Position numbers and translations under genes: made by a program | Source: Azolla caroliniana | Lineage: Eukaryota; Plantae; Polypodiophyta | Reading direction: 5' to 3' | DNA length: 64,000 nt | NCBI GenBank assembly: GCA_043228905.1 | Contig: JBHGNT010000114.1 | Location: forward strand, 1 to 64,000 | Shown: piece by piece, positions 46,618-61,800 of the stretch | How positions within the stretch are numbered: position 1 is the stretch's first letter | Layout of the letters: every line of letters starts with the position of its first letter | The notes under the pieces: generated by a model | Databases searched by the model: none | What the model saw: only the letters and a program-made list of their open reading frames with translations | What the model was told of the DNA's origin: nothing

Positions 46618-49600
46618 TGTTGAGCGGCAAGCTCAACCGGATCCGGATCAACTGAATAAGCCTGAGCCGGATTGACATCTAGAAGGATGAGCCGGATCGG
46701 TGAGCCGATGAGCAATTGAGCTGGTGAGCTGGGGAGCCGGTTAGCTGGATCAAGCAGTAACCGGAAGCCAAGTAGCAGGTAGACTACTAGAGAGTTAATA
46801 TCTCGTAGTAAGTGTCAGATGCTCGTGTGAGTATTGAAGTACACCGTTGTCGCAAAAATATGACGAGGACACATGAACTTGAGGGAGGACCCCGGGGCCT
46901 CCGACTAGAGGATATTAGATTCGTATTTTTATATTAAACAGTTAATGGAAATAAGAAAGATTGACAAATTTCATTAACAAATAGAAAGAAAGATTACAAT
47001 CATTCCCAAGATTAGGATTACAAAAGTTTAGCTTATGGAGATTACTAGAATAATAGATTAGAAGAAACTAAATATGGATTCAATAGAAATTTAGGGTTTT
47101 TGGCTTTCATAAGAGATTATGGTTTATGAGTTCAATAGCTTCCGTATGGAAAATTAGGGTTTTTGGCTTCCGTAGGGAAAATTAGGGTTTTTGAGTGTTA
47201 TGACTTTCGTAGGGAATTTTGGGTTTATGAGAGTTATGGCTTCCATAAGACAGGGAAGCTAAGAAGGAAAAGAAAAATAATGGAGAGAGGATCCCTGTAG
47301 GAAAAAAAAAATGGAATATATATGGAGTTCTCTGTTGATCATAGCCTTCCATGTTACTTTGCATGTCCACTTCTAGTTGCATGGCCTCTACTTTTAGTTG
47401 CATCCATTTTTAGTTGCATGACTTTCCTTTCCTTTACTTTAGTTCCCTTTACTTTACTTTAATTAACCACATGATCTTGTTATCCGTTTGGTTTGCGTCC
47501 AGCCTCGTCCGATCGCCAGTTCCGTCCGGTCGCCGATTGCCACCGCCTCACAGGCTCCGCCGCCGGTTCCGGTTTGCTTACCGGCCAGTTTCCAATTTTG
47601 CTTACCAGCCGGTTTCGGTTCTGATTACCGGCTGGTTTTCGGTTTGCTTACTGGCTGGTTTACGGTTTTGCTTACCGGTCGGTTTCCGGTTTTGCTTGAT
47701 TGGCGTGCCGCTATGGAGGAGGAAATGCAGGCACTTGATACCAACGAACATGGGACCTAGTTGACCCTCCCCGAGAATGTAAACGGATCGGATGTAAGTA
47801 GGTGTACAAGTTTATGTACAATGCCGATGGTTTGGTTAACCGGTACAAGGCCCGGTTAGTGGCGAAGGGATACGCGCAGACCCACGGAATCGACTACGAC
47901 GAGACCTTCGCTCTAGTAGCGAAGATGACGACAGTTCATGTGGTGCTGGCGGTTGCTGCGGCAAGGGAGTGGTATCTTCACCAGATGGACGTGAAGAATA
48001 CATTTCTTCAAGGCGATCTTGAAGAAGAGGTCTTTATGACCCAACCTCCCAGTTTCCAGACAGAGATGAACAAGTCGGCGGTATGCCGGATGAAGAAGTC
48101 ACTTTATGGCCTGAAGCAAGCCCCCCGAGCTTGGAATGCGAAGATCACGCACCGGTTGCGTATGATGGGGTTTACGGCTTCCAAGTCTGACTCTTCGTTG
48201 TTCATCCAGCAAGGTCCGGACGGTCCAGTTTGCATCTTATTGTATGTTGATGATCTAGTCATCACCGGACCCGGACTCGATGAAATCAGCCAAGTCAAGT
48301 CCCAGCTGCCGGACGCATTTGAGATGAAGGATCTGGGGGACTTTCACTATTTTCTTGGGATCGAGGTGATCCAAACCCCTGACGGCATATTGCTCTCACA
48401 GAGACACTATGTGTTGAATATGTTGTACAAGTTCGGCATGACGGAATGCCGACCTATTTCTACACCCTTGGACCAGAACTAGAAGCTCCGTCCCGACTCT
48501 GGACCGGCCTACGATGACAAATTGTCAGAAGCCTTATATATTTGACAATCACCCGACCTGACATCAGTTATCCAGTCGGCGTGATCAGCCAATATATGCA
48601 ACAGCCAACCGTGGAGCACCTTCTCTACGCGCATCAATTTTGTGATATGCGAGTGGCACGAAGGAATGGGGACTATTATACTGGCATGGTATAACTGAAG
48701 AGCTAGTCGGCTACACCGATACACCTCCGGCTATATGTTTTCCCTTGGTAGCGCGACCGTTGCGTGTAGTAGCAAAAAGCCGCCAATAATGGCTCTTTCA
48801 AGCACTGAAGCTGAATACCGGGGCGGTACCGTTGCCACCTGTGAAGCCATTTGGCTTCGGCGACTACTGCAAGACTTACGGATCGAGGTGTCGACCCCGA
48901 TCTTGATCTACTAGAACAACATAAGCAGCATGCAGCTCGCCAAGAACCCCGTATTCCATGCTCGCACAAAGCACATAGAAGTGCACTACCACTTCGTGCG
49001 TGAGCATGTCCTGAGCGATGAAGTTGAACTTCGGTATGTTCATACGGATCAGCAAGTTGCCGACATCTTCACCAAACCGCTCGGATCGGACAAGTTGCAT
49101 CACTTCACTGAAATGCTTGGTGTTCAGCATCTCGACGTGCCACACATGAGGGGGAGAACGTTCAAAGACACCGGAACGGGTAGGGGCAAAGAAACTATCG
49201 AGTGCGCCGGTGAGGGAAGAACCGACAATGGGAGAGACAAGAAGAAGAAGAAAGGAGTCGAGTCGACAAAGGAAGTTGATACATCCAAACAAGTCGGAAC
49301 AAGCTACAACGGCGGTAGAGTCAAGAAGGACAGAGCCGACCGGAAGAAGGCCAACACCCGGACATGGTCCGATGTGGTGAAGGGCCTGGAACCGGAAGAC
49401 GAATCAGGAGCGACCGATTCGGACAAGAGCTGGAACGAATCAGAGAAAGCCGATTCGGAAGAACCAGATCAATTCAAGGCCAAGAGGACGAGAAGGGAGC
49501 GAAAGTCGACGCCAACACGAAGGAATCGGCGAATCGGCAAGCGCCAATGTGACAGCAACGAGGGATCTGAATTGGGCCTGTTGAGCAAACAGGCCGACCG

Positions 49601-50162
49601 AGGAAGTCGAGGTGCGCAAAATTAGAAGGGTCGCAGCAAACGGGACCGGACCCAACGAGGAGCGTGATTGAGGCGGAGTGACGCCAGAATGAGCTAGGTG
49701 AGAGGACCGACCGCCATGGAGACTGACACTACGATCTGACCTCAAGTTGAGCTTGAAGGGGAGTGTTGAGCGCCAAGCTCAACCGGATCCAGATCGGTTG
49801 AATAAGCCTGAGCCAGATCAGCATCCGGAAGGATGAGCCGGTGAGCTAGGGAGCCGGTTAGCTTGATCAAGTAGTAACCGGAAGCCAAGTAGCAGCTAGA
49901 CTACTAGAGAGTTAATATCTCGTAGTTAGTGTTAGACGCTCGTGTGAGCATTGAAGTACACTGTATCTCTGTTAGTTCGTATGGAATTGTATAAAAGTGT
50001 TTACTGAACACATACGATGTACATATTGAGTATTATTTTGAATTGAGTTTCTGTGTGCTCTATCTCTGTCTCTCCCGCGTACTGGGTATATTCTAAGCTC
50101 TCCATTAAACCTACGTTTTTTGTGTTTGATTTTCCATTGCTTCCGCACGCTATTCTTTTACA
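46618..50162 (+). mobile_element. Copia element C3; gag-integrase replaced by foreign DNA
   Basis: 5' LTR remnant 46618-46847, 3' LTR 49764-50162, TSD CCTCT (46613-46617 and 50163-50167). RT ORF 47802-48482 (YVDD). RNase H with C-terminal tail 48930-49625. Confidence 0.92.
47560..47697. repeat. ~22-bp tandem repeat, about 6 units (CGGTTTTGCTTACCGGCYGGTTT-like)
   Basis: Visible degenerate direct repeats inside the foreign segment of C3. Confidence 0.8.
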
Positions 50163-50179
50163 CCTCTTTTACGCGTGGC

Positions 50180-51915
<1,736 letters not shown>

Positions 51916-52372
51916 ATATTGCGATCGATTCATATAAAGATCAAGGCCATCAATCGTTTTCTAGGGTAAATCCGCTGGCACAGCCGCATGCCACGCTATC
52001 TGGTGGTTTTCGTTACACCATTACATGCGGCGGTACATCACACTCCGATTGCAACGGAGGACAAGGCCATCAATCGTTTTCAGTATTGCGATCGATTCAG
52101 ATAAAGATCAAGGCCATCAATCGTTTTCTGGGGTAAATCCGTTGGCACAGCCGCATGCCACGCTATCTGGTGGTTTTCGTTACACCATTACATGCGGCAG
52201 TACATCACACTCCGATTGCAACGGAGGACAAGGTGTACCTGGCATTAAAGATAATGCTCACTCAGGCACCCATAGTACAACCACCGGATTGGACAAAACC
52301 ATTCCACTTTTTCGTGGACACCTCAGATATAGCAATCGTTAGCACACTAATGCACTTGACCGACCCAAATTG

Positions 52373-52871
52373 TGTTGGGAAACAGGTCCCTCCGGATGGG
52401 ACGAGAGAAGAGCCGAAATCGTGTAGACAGCCAACTCGGGAGACTATATCTGTAAATAGTCGAAATAAGCCTCTATGGGCGATACCTATAAATAGTCCAA
52501 AAGTTGTACTAGTATATAAGAATCTAGGGCAATCATTATATGAAGATCAATAATCATTATTGTGATATAGTGAGAATGTGGTAGTGGTCACTGTAACTGT
52601 GAGAACATGTGAGAGAGGGAGAGCGTGAGAAAGTGCAACTCTATAGTCGAGGTCGGTTCCTCTGAGTTTCTTGTTGTACCCCCCTCATCATCATAGTGAT
52701 TTGTTTCGGAGCAAGTGGACTCCACGTGGTTTCTCCCAGTTTGGGTTTCCACGGTAAAATCTACGTGTTCTCTATTTTTAGCTATTCCGTTTTCGATTTT
52801 CTATCTGAGTGTTACTTCTTGCATACAAATATACGAATGATAATCGATTGTGGTCGGTCACGAGAGCAACA
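52373..52871 (+). mobile_element. Solo LTR of the Tork-like copia family (499 bp)
   Basis: TGTTGGGAAACAGGTCCCTCC...GCAACA. TSD AATTG/AATCG. Removing it restores DPNWYRPVYY. Confidence 0.9.
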
Positions 52872-54378
52872 AATCGGTACCGACCAGTGTATTATTCCAG
52901 CCGGAAACTGATATACACTGAGCGCAAGTACTCCACAACTGAGTGTGAATCCCTAGGTATGATTTAAAGCATCAACAAATTTCAACACTACCTATTGGGC
53001 TGAAAATTCATTTTTCATGTCGATCAGGCAGCGTTGCTCTACTTGGTCTCGAAGCTGTTGCTAACCTGGAAGTTGGTTCAATGTATGTTGCTATTGTAGG
53101 AATCTGAGTTCGAAATCCAACATCGACCAGGAACCCAGCACGCAATAGCAAATTATCTGAGTCGGGCCTGACGACAAATGGCGAGCGCCATTTCGAGATC
53201 CCTCCCCCAGGGGTTCTCGAGCGCTATTTTTGTGAATATTCCATCTCCCCCAAGGCTTACAGGACAAGGGATATGCCTGATCCCTTCTTCCGCAAAATCA
53301 CGAAGTTCTTATTGGAGGTAGGGTGCGTTTACCCTAACGCATACAGAATACCGAAGCAGAAGGTCGGCATCATCATCATGACATTGAAAAGGCAAGCCAT
53401 AGATTGGGGCGTAATTACAAGGCCTTCTCTGTGCGAAGAACTACACACCTTCTAGACCGGGAAAAAACTCTGGCCCAATCATTCAACAGTATTTGACAAT
53501 ATTGTTCCCTCCACGGGCTCTCTCCATGCCAATAATGGCTCGCCCTGCGACAACACCGAGGCCGCAGAAACGTAGACTTGCTAAACTCGTAGAGACTGAG
53601 TGGGAAGAAGAGGACAACAGTCGACCGTTGGAACCCATCGCCCCATAGGTCCAACAATGGTTTGCTTCTGCTCCCTCACAAGAATTATTCGAGCAAGCCC
53701 TAGCTAGCCCTAAAGCCAAGCGCCGAAGGCTAGAATGGAACGATGGTCGCAGACTACTCAAAGACACGACTCCGCAACCTGAACCCCCAGCCACAACAGA
53801 GTCCATGAGAACATTAGAGGTGGGGCCGATCTTGACAAGAAACTCAGATTGGGGAAAGGGTGTTCTCACCTCCGAGAAAGAAGTGTTGGCTTACCCAGAT
53901 ATTCCGGATATGGCTCACGAGTTTGCAACCTTGTTACAATTTGGCACCACCTTTGAACTAATGAAGTCCATGGAAACACAACAGATCAAGGTGTCGCAGT
54001 GCATGGCAGAGGAGCACGCATTAACGCAAACAACCAAAAGCAACGATGAAGACCCTTTGGCTAAACTTGGCTGAAAAAGGAACGTTGGTGTTCGAAGAGT
54101 CGGCATTGAGCTACCCCCTTTGAACACAACATTGGCCGAAGTGCACAAGGATATGGCGGAGAAAAACAAGTCCCACTGGGAATCCATAAAAGTGGCACAA
54201 CAGTTAGAGAAGGCGCAACAGAAGGTTTGCGGAGATCGAATGCAACATACATGTACAGGGAGAAGAAGTCGAAGCGGAGATAGTGATCACGGCCAAAGCT
54301 AAAGGAGCAACAGAGCTTGCCGAGATGGAAATCGAGCAACTCCGCTCCGAACTTCGACAATCGTCGGATAGAGAGGCG

Positions 54379-55219
54379 CATGGTTGTTTACGTACCCATA
54401 TTTAACGTTTAAATACAAATAGTACCTCATCATTTGTATAGTACGTACTATACCTCAATGTTGTTCAATCAAATATCATGTACATTTGTCCAATACGGCA
54501 TTTAACGTATTTATAAAAAAATTGGTATAATACATATTTATAAAGAAAATGTAAGTAAAACCCTAACAAAAAGCAAAAGAAAATAAAGATTTTAGTGAAA
54601 AAGAAGACAAAGGAAGGAAGAAAGAAGAATAGAAGAGACGGCAATGAAGAAGATGAAGAAGAAGAAGAAGAAGAAGAGAAAAGAAGACATAAACCTGTCC
54701 TGAGTGTGATAATTGCAGTAGATAGAAGAAGAAGAAGAAGAAAATGAAGAAAAGAGAAACCTATCATGACTGTGATAATCATAGAAGATTCCTCAATCTA
54801 TGAAGGCATAATTGTAAATATTTACAATTTGAAGTAGAACATCGTGATATACACTTACACTAATTTATAAAATAAGGGAATGTCGACATCCATATTACTA
54901 CAACTATTTTAGGATGTGAAATGATCAAATGTCTTATATGCATTTTAGGATGTAGAACTATATTGTACATCACAAAATTGTGTAAACATAGATGTTTTTT
55001 ATAATATTATAGATATTTTTTAGAAAAGTAAATAATTTTTCAAATTCTAGAAGTATTTAACGTACTATACGTAAAATATGTATTTTACGTATTTTATAAG
55101 TATTTAACATATTAAGAAAACGTATTTAACGTATTTTTAAATTGGGAGGTACTATACAAGTATTAATACGTTAAATACGTATGGTATCCGTACCGTACCT
55201 AACGTACCTAACAACCTTG
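54379..55219. mobile_element. Non-autonomous hAT-type element / MITE (841 bp)
   Basis: TIRs CATGGTTGTT / AACAACCTTG (9/10), perfect 8-bp TSD GAGAGGCG, AT-rich interior with repeated TATTTAACGT near both ends. Confidence 0.93.
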
Positions 55220-58200
55220 GAGAGGCGGATATCGGAGCGAAAGGTAAAAGGAATCCAAGATAAGTTGGACACCGAGATCGCCGTTCACGCACAAACGACT
55301 ACCGAACTCAATAAGCAAAAGGAGGAGGTAGCACGCACCAAAGGAATTATCACAGCGCTACAAGAAACTGCACAGAAGAAGTGGGAGTGGTACGACGAAT
55401 AGCTCAAAAATGAACATCAAATAAGTTGAGACGTCAAAACCCGCTTAAACAACCGAATGGGCCGGATTGAAGCACTCCATGAGAAGGAGTCGATATGGCA
55501 AGTAGTGAAAGCACATTACGAAGAAGTCATGGCTACCAATACAAGAAGAATTGCAAACCTCAAGACTACTCTCGAGGACTTACAAAGGAGGCGGGAATGC
55601 TTCGCGACGCAACTAGACAAGGGATGGGTCGGATGGGCGGTGCAGGCCGCAGAACACACATGCAGGGCTGATCGGGAGAATCGACAAAAAGACGGAAAAG
55701 GCTTCTACAAACTCAATGAGGAAAACATTGTTATGGTTTGCTAGGACCTTATGCAAGATTATCAGGCCTTGGGAAACCATCAATCCGAAGAGATCCTATA
55801 GCTACTGGAAGAGTTTGGATACAGCCAAATCGACACTTCTTTCCAGTTGTAGTCTATCGACACGGAGCAGAGGAAATCTGAAGAAGAGAAATGGGCGGCT
55901 TTTATCGTCCTCCCGGACAATGATTTCGAGGAGCACACAATTTACAAACCCCTGTGAATAGAAGAAGAAGTTCCGGAGGTCACCACGATGCCGCACGTAC
56001 CAGAGGCTGCACCGACCGGTGCCATCCATGCCACAGAAGTCACGACTAGATAGGCAAGTCGAGAGATACCACACGAAGAGCCACTACAAGAGCCTATGGC
56101 CTCGGCCAAAAAACTGCATGAAGAAGATACACTAACCAACGTCCCCACAAACGAAGGTCCACAACATGCAGAAACGCGAGAAACGGCATCAGAGTTGACG
56201 AGACCCAACGACCTCCCCAACCATGCACCAACGGAACCGAGTGGACTTCCTCACCCTACACCCACAAAAGCAACCGGGCCGATCAACTCTGCACCAATGA
56301 CGCAGTCTCCGTCGAGCCCCCTCACGACTGACGTAAGCGATCGCTTGGGTCACCCGGAACCAGACATAGGATATCCTTGACGACGAATGAAGGCCAGAGG
56401 TCGGTCCGACGTCCCAGCACTGTCCCGCAAGTGTGCCATGTGTTGGCAATCTTGGTCAGCCAAGTGGAAAAAGGCGAAGAAATGGGAAGGCACAGGGACA
56501 GTTATGGGCGGTAGCGTAATCATGAGGAGAGTAGCAGCCATAGCAAAAGAGTAGAGCATAATGAATGCTTGTGACTGTGCACGCTCCAAGCGTAACCAAC
56601 CATGACCCTGTATATAAAGGGCATGGAAAACTTGTAAAGGGCTAGCGTAGAATTTATTGACAATCGATTCGTAAAACCACAAGATCAAATGATGCTGAAA
56701 AATACACAACACAGGCACACAACGATGCAGTACACAAAGATATACGTGGAAACCCCAAAACGGGAGAAAACCACGGGAGAGCAAAAAGTTCACTATATAG
56801 TGGATGTACAAGGCAGAGATTACAACACTCTGATTATGAGTGTATCACCCACACAGGGTTCTTGGCGTCTGTTGTTACGCACACGACTATGGTGCCGCTC
56901 TCTCTCTCTCTCTCTCTTTCTCTCTTTTTCTCATGTCTCTCTTACACACACTTCTATTATCATCACATTACTATGTTTGCCCTAGATGTATATGTATACT
57001 GATACATCGTGTGAACTATTTACAATTGTAGCCACTGCTACATATCATTACTATTATTATTCCTATAATAATAATAATAATTTGTTTAAATAATCGACTC
57101 TCTGTTGTCGACTCTTCGACTGTCGGCTATCGATTGTGGGTTGTCGGCTATTTCCGAACAATCGGTTCCTTCAACTCTTCGAGTGTGTCGGCTACTACCG
57201 AACAATCGGTTCCTCCCACTGGAGGGACATATCCCCAACAAACTCCCTCTTCACTCCTGTGGGAGGGAGTCAGTCAATCATGTCTTCTGTCGATAAACTC
57301 TAAGTCTGTCCATAGGTAGGTTCTTTGTGAGCATGTCGGATCCATTGTTATCTATGTGGATCTTCACAAGTGTAAACTCTCCTTCTTCGACTTTCTCCCG
57401 CAACCAGTGATACCTTCTCTGTATGTGCTTGGTCTGGGAGTGATATGCGGCATTCTTGGCAAGATGTATGGCACTCTGGTTGTCACAGTGAAGCAAGAAC
57501 TCCCTCTACTTCATCCCTATCTCGTTGAGAAAATTTCACATCCAGATCAGCTCTTTGCCGGCCTCTACCGCTACCATATACTCTACCTCTATAGTCGACA
57601 AGGCTACAGACTTCTGCAGTCGTGATTGCCACGACACTGCTCCCCCTCCATAGGTCATCACATACCCCGACATGGATCGGCTTGAGTCTACATCTCCCAA
57701 CATGTTCGAGTCGGTAAAACCTTCCAGCACAGGTTTTCTGACACCATACCCTAGGCAAACTCCTGAGGTGCCTTTTAAGTACTTGAGTATCCACTTCACC
57801 ATTGCCTAGTGTTCTCTTCTTGGATTACTCATATATCGGCTTATTACTCCCACAACAAATGTTATGTCTAGTCTCGTACAGAACATAGCATACATTAGAC
57901 TGCTGACGGTCAAGGCATATTGTACCTTCCTCATCTCGGCCTTCTCCTTCTCCCCTTTCGGGCATTGATTTGCATTCAACCTGCAATTTGTCGGCAACAC
58001 CAAGCCGACCGGCTTTGCGTCCGACATGTTGAACGTTTCTAGGATCTTCGTCACATACTTTTGTTGTGACAACCGTAGCACCTTTTGAGTTCTAACTCGA
58101 AATATGTGCATTCCTAAGATCTAATTAGCCGGTCCAAGGTCTGTCATGGCAAACGACCTGCCTAGAGCTTTCTTCAAGCTTCCAATCTTCCTTGTGTCTT

Positions 58201-58854
58201 GACCAACTATCAACATGTCATCAACATATAACAAGAGAATCAAGAAGTCTCCTTCTTCGTACCTTTTGACGAACACACGGTTATCGGCCTGTGTTTTATG
58301 GAACCGGTGTTCCATCATGAAGGACTCAAACTTCTTGTACCATTGGCGTGAAGCTTGTTTCAGACCATACAAGCTTTTCTTCAGTCGACACACCAGGTTC
58401 TCTTTCCCTTTCTCCTCAAAGCCTTTGGGTTGCTGCATCTAGATTTCTTCTTCTAGCTCCCCGTGTAGGAATGCGGGTTTGACATCCAACTGCTCGATCT
58501 CTAGGTCCATACTACCCACTATACTCAGAACAGTTCGAATGGATGTCATCTTCACGACTGGTGCGAAATATTTCGTCGAAGTCGATGCCCTTTTTCTGTT
58601 GAAAACCTTCACCACTATGTGGGCTTTATACCTAGGCTCACTGTCGGCTTCTCCAGTCTTCACCTTGTAGACCCACTTATTCCTCAATGCTCTCTTACCT
58701 TTCGGCAACTCTACCAGGTCATAGGTGTAATTCTCGTGCAGGGATTCCATCTCATCTTGCATCACGCTCAGCCATTTCTCTCTGTGCTCGTCGACAATGG
58801 CTTCTTCATAGCACTCCGGTTTACCTTCATCAGTCAAGAGGATGTATTGACTGC

Positions 58855-61800
58855 TGTCAGGAATAGTACTAAAGCAGAGAGAGAATTAGTACTAAAGAAA
58901 AGAAGTACTATTAGTACTAAGAGGATGGGACTGCGTAAGATTCCCGAGAGAGAAAGAGACAAGAGGAGAGAGAGATAGCGAGGATGAGAGAAAGAGAGAT
59001 GATGATAACAACTAATATATTATGTGAAGGATAAGTACAAAGAGGCTAAGAGGCTTAAGACAGGCGTTGAACCAATTTGGTTCAACATAATTCCTAGTGC
59101 CTTCTTTTATAGTGTTCTCAGGAGTAATCCTGAAGCTTCTAGAATGTTCAAGAGAAATCTAGAATATACATTAATTTCCTATAATAAAACTTAAATGAAA
59201 ATATCCTACGTATTACAATAGATGGTATAATGGTCAAGAGCTTGGCCCATATAATATAAGGTTATGGGTTCGAGTCTTGCCATATCATGACACTATCTCC
59301 TCCTTAAGGCGACGAGTGGAACAAGTTGGTGTTGATTGCGGACCGGGTTTGTCCGGATACTTTCTATGGAACTCAGCAAGAAGATCTTGAGCATTGGCGA
59401 CATGCTCGATGGGTTCCCAAGTACGTTCACTCGGACTATAGCCGAGCCAATCGACCAAATAATAAAGTTTGTTGCAAACAAATTTGGAGTCGAGGATGAC
59501 AGCAACTTCATACTCCGGGCCAGCGTCTAACTCAAGCGGGGGCGGCGGTGGTGTAACACGATCTCGAAGAGTGTTTGCTTTATAAGGTTCAAGAAGAGAA
59601 CTATGGAAGACCGGATGTATCCGAAGATGCGAAGGAAGATCAAGGCGAAACGTGACATCATTAACCTTACCAGTAATACGGAAAGGACCGAGTCGACGAT
59701 AATCCAACTTTTCGCACGGTCGAGTAGTCTTGATGTGACGACGTAAAGGCCATACTCGATCTCCGATGGCAAAAGAGGAGGGAAGCCAATGACGATCCGC
59801 ATAAGTCTTTTGTGTCTGTTGAGCATGACAAAGATGAGTAGAGAGATCCATCTGGATCTTGTGTAGTCTTTCCAAATGATCCTCGGCACGAGGATTGGTA
59901 GGTAGCTCCGGGGTGTCGATCACCGACCAGCGAGGATGAGAATCGGTATAAGCGTAGAATGGGGAGACTCGAGTCGAGGAGTGAACAACATTATTATACG
60001 CAAACTCCACAAAGTGGAGAATCTCGACCCAATCGTCCTGTTGATAACTTAGGAAACACCGGACATATTGCTCCAGCGTTTGGTTTGTTCGTTCCACCTA
60101 CCCATCAGTCTGAGGATGGTAGTCGGAGGAGAGGTTGCTAGAGACCTTGAGCATCTCTAAGAGATGCTGCCAAAATTTGGAGACAAATTGCGGTCCTCAG
60201 TCACTGATGATACTATCTGGGAGGCCATGATGCCGAAATACCTCACGCATGACAAGGGTGGCGGTTTCCTCGCTAGTGATGACCTTAGTACACAGCACAA
60301 AATGGGCCATCTTCATATATCGATCGACGACGGTTAAGATAGCATCGAAGCCCTTTGAGACCGGCAGATCTGTGATAAAATCAAGACAAATAGACTGCCA
60401 TGGCTTACTTCGAATCGGTAAGGCTTCCAACAAGCCATATGGATGGTGTCGTGGCATCTTTGCTCGGCAGTAAGCATCGCAGGTCCGAACGTAGTCGTCG
60501 ACAAAACGTCGCATATGGGGCCACCAAAAGGATCGTTGAACTAGATCCAACGTCTTAGTGCTACTGAAATGTCCCGCCATATGGGTGTCATGACAACTTT
60601 GGACGATTTGAAGACGACAGGAGCAATCGGGGACATATACCATCTTTTTAAAGAAAAACAAATCATCATGATATTCGAATTGTCAGTAGTCCATACCTAG
60701 TTGTTGAGACTAGGAACAGGATGCCCGAGAGGTATCAATGTGCGCCAGAATGTCTTGAGCAAAACTATCTGTCTTCAAGGTCGCACGTATGGCATCGGTA
60801 ATCCGGTAATCCATTGGGGTGTGAAAAATCCACATTGTGTGCAATCGTGTGGGTCCCAAGATTACTTTTTGATTATCAAACGCTGGATCACCAGGATGAG
60901 GTGCAAGATTTGAACGCCATGATAGCGCATCTGCTTTTCCTTGCTGCTTCCCCGATCGATATGTGATTTTGAAGTCGAAACGCGTGAGGATGAGGGAGAA
61001 TGACAAGTAGGCTTGAGGGCAAATTTTCGATCCATGAAACAGGAATTAGCTCCGGAATCTAGAAGTGCTAGGACATGTACTGGGGAAGTACTTTTAGTAC
61101 TAACCATGACTTGGGCTAGGAACAAATTGCTAACTTGCTTGGAGGGGATGGAACCACTAATGGGCTGTACAGATCTAGGGTTGTCCAACCAAACAACTCC
61201 TATTTTGGCTAGACTCAATCGTTTAACTCTTCATCTAATTGACTAAGGATTTCAAATTTGTTTGACATACTTGGGCTATTAGTACTATTAATACTATCTG
61301 ACACTCCTAAGGGAAGAATTGACTCGGGTTTAGTACAGGCTACAATTTGATTTACCTGTCTTCTTGGCCTATGGGGACAATTGATTGCGATATGCCCTGG
61401 TCCACCGCAATAAAGACATAATCGATTTGCATGTCATCATTGCTTTTCTTCTTCCGATAACGGGCCACGTCGACGCATGGTATCGATCTCCATCGGTGTC
61501 AGAGTATTTGCTTGAGGTATGTCTCACGCAAACGGTTTAGCCGCGATTGAGGCGTAAGTGGGCTCCGGCCTAGAGCGTGGTATCTGTAATTGACGTTCCG
61601 AACGCCATTCAAAAAGGTGGTTGTCACATCGGACCGCTTGACTAATTGCCGCCGTAAGAGACTTTGGTTCTTCAGGGAATGTTAGAAGTAGATCTTTGAC
61701 ATCGTTTCGCAGGCCGTAGCGAAACTGCTCCATTAGTGCTTGATCATCCCAGGGGATATTTGAAGCGAGTAGACGGAAATCCACCGTGTAGGTAGAGGCT

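Larger units (their letters stand above)
51916..56689 (+). pseudogene. Host gypsy H, part 3: RT end, RNase H, extra ORF (53165-56380) and start of the 3' LTR (56441-56689); integrase deleted
   Basis: IAID..RFLG.IRWHSRM, TQAPIVQPPDW, DPNW|YRPVYYSSRKL, then a direct jump at ~53165 into the extra ORF. The LTR is recognised by the TGTATATAAAGGG region, homologous to the G2 LTR. Confidence 0.85.

Noticed and set aside
47085-47225. TTAGGG motifs as interstitial telomere
   Set aside because: Isolated motifs within longer repeat units, not tandem TTTAGGG.
54465-54782. Hydrophobic 105-aa ORF as a membrane protein
   Set aside because: Translation of (GAA)n and A-rich low-complexity DNA inside the hAT element.
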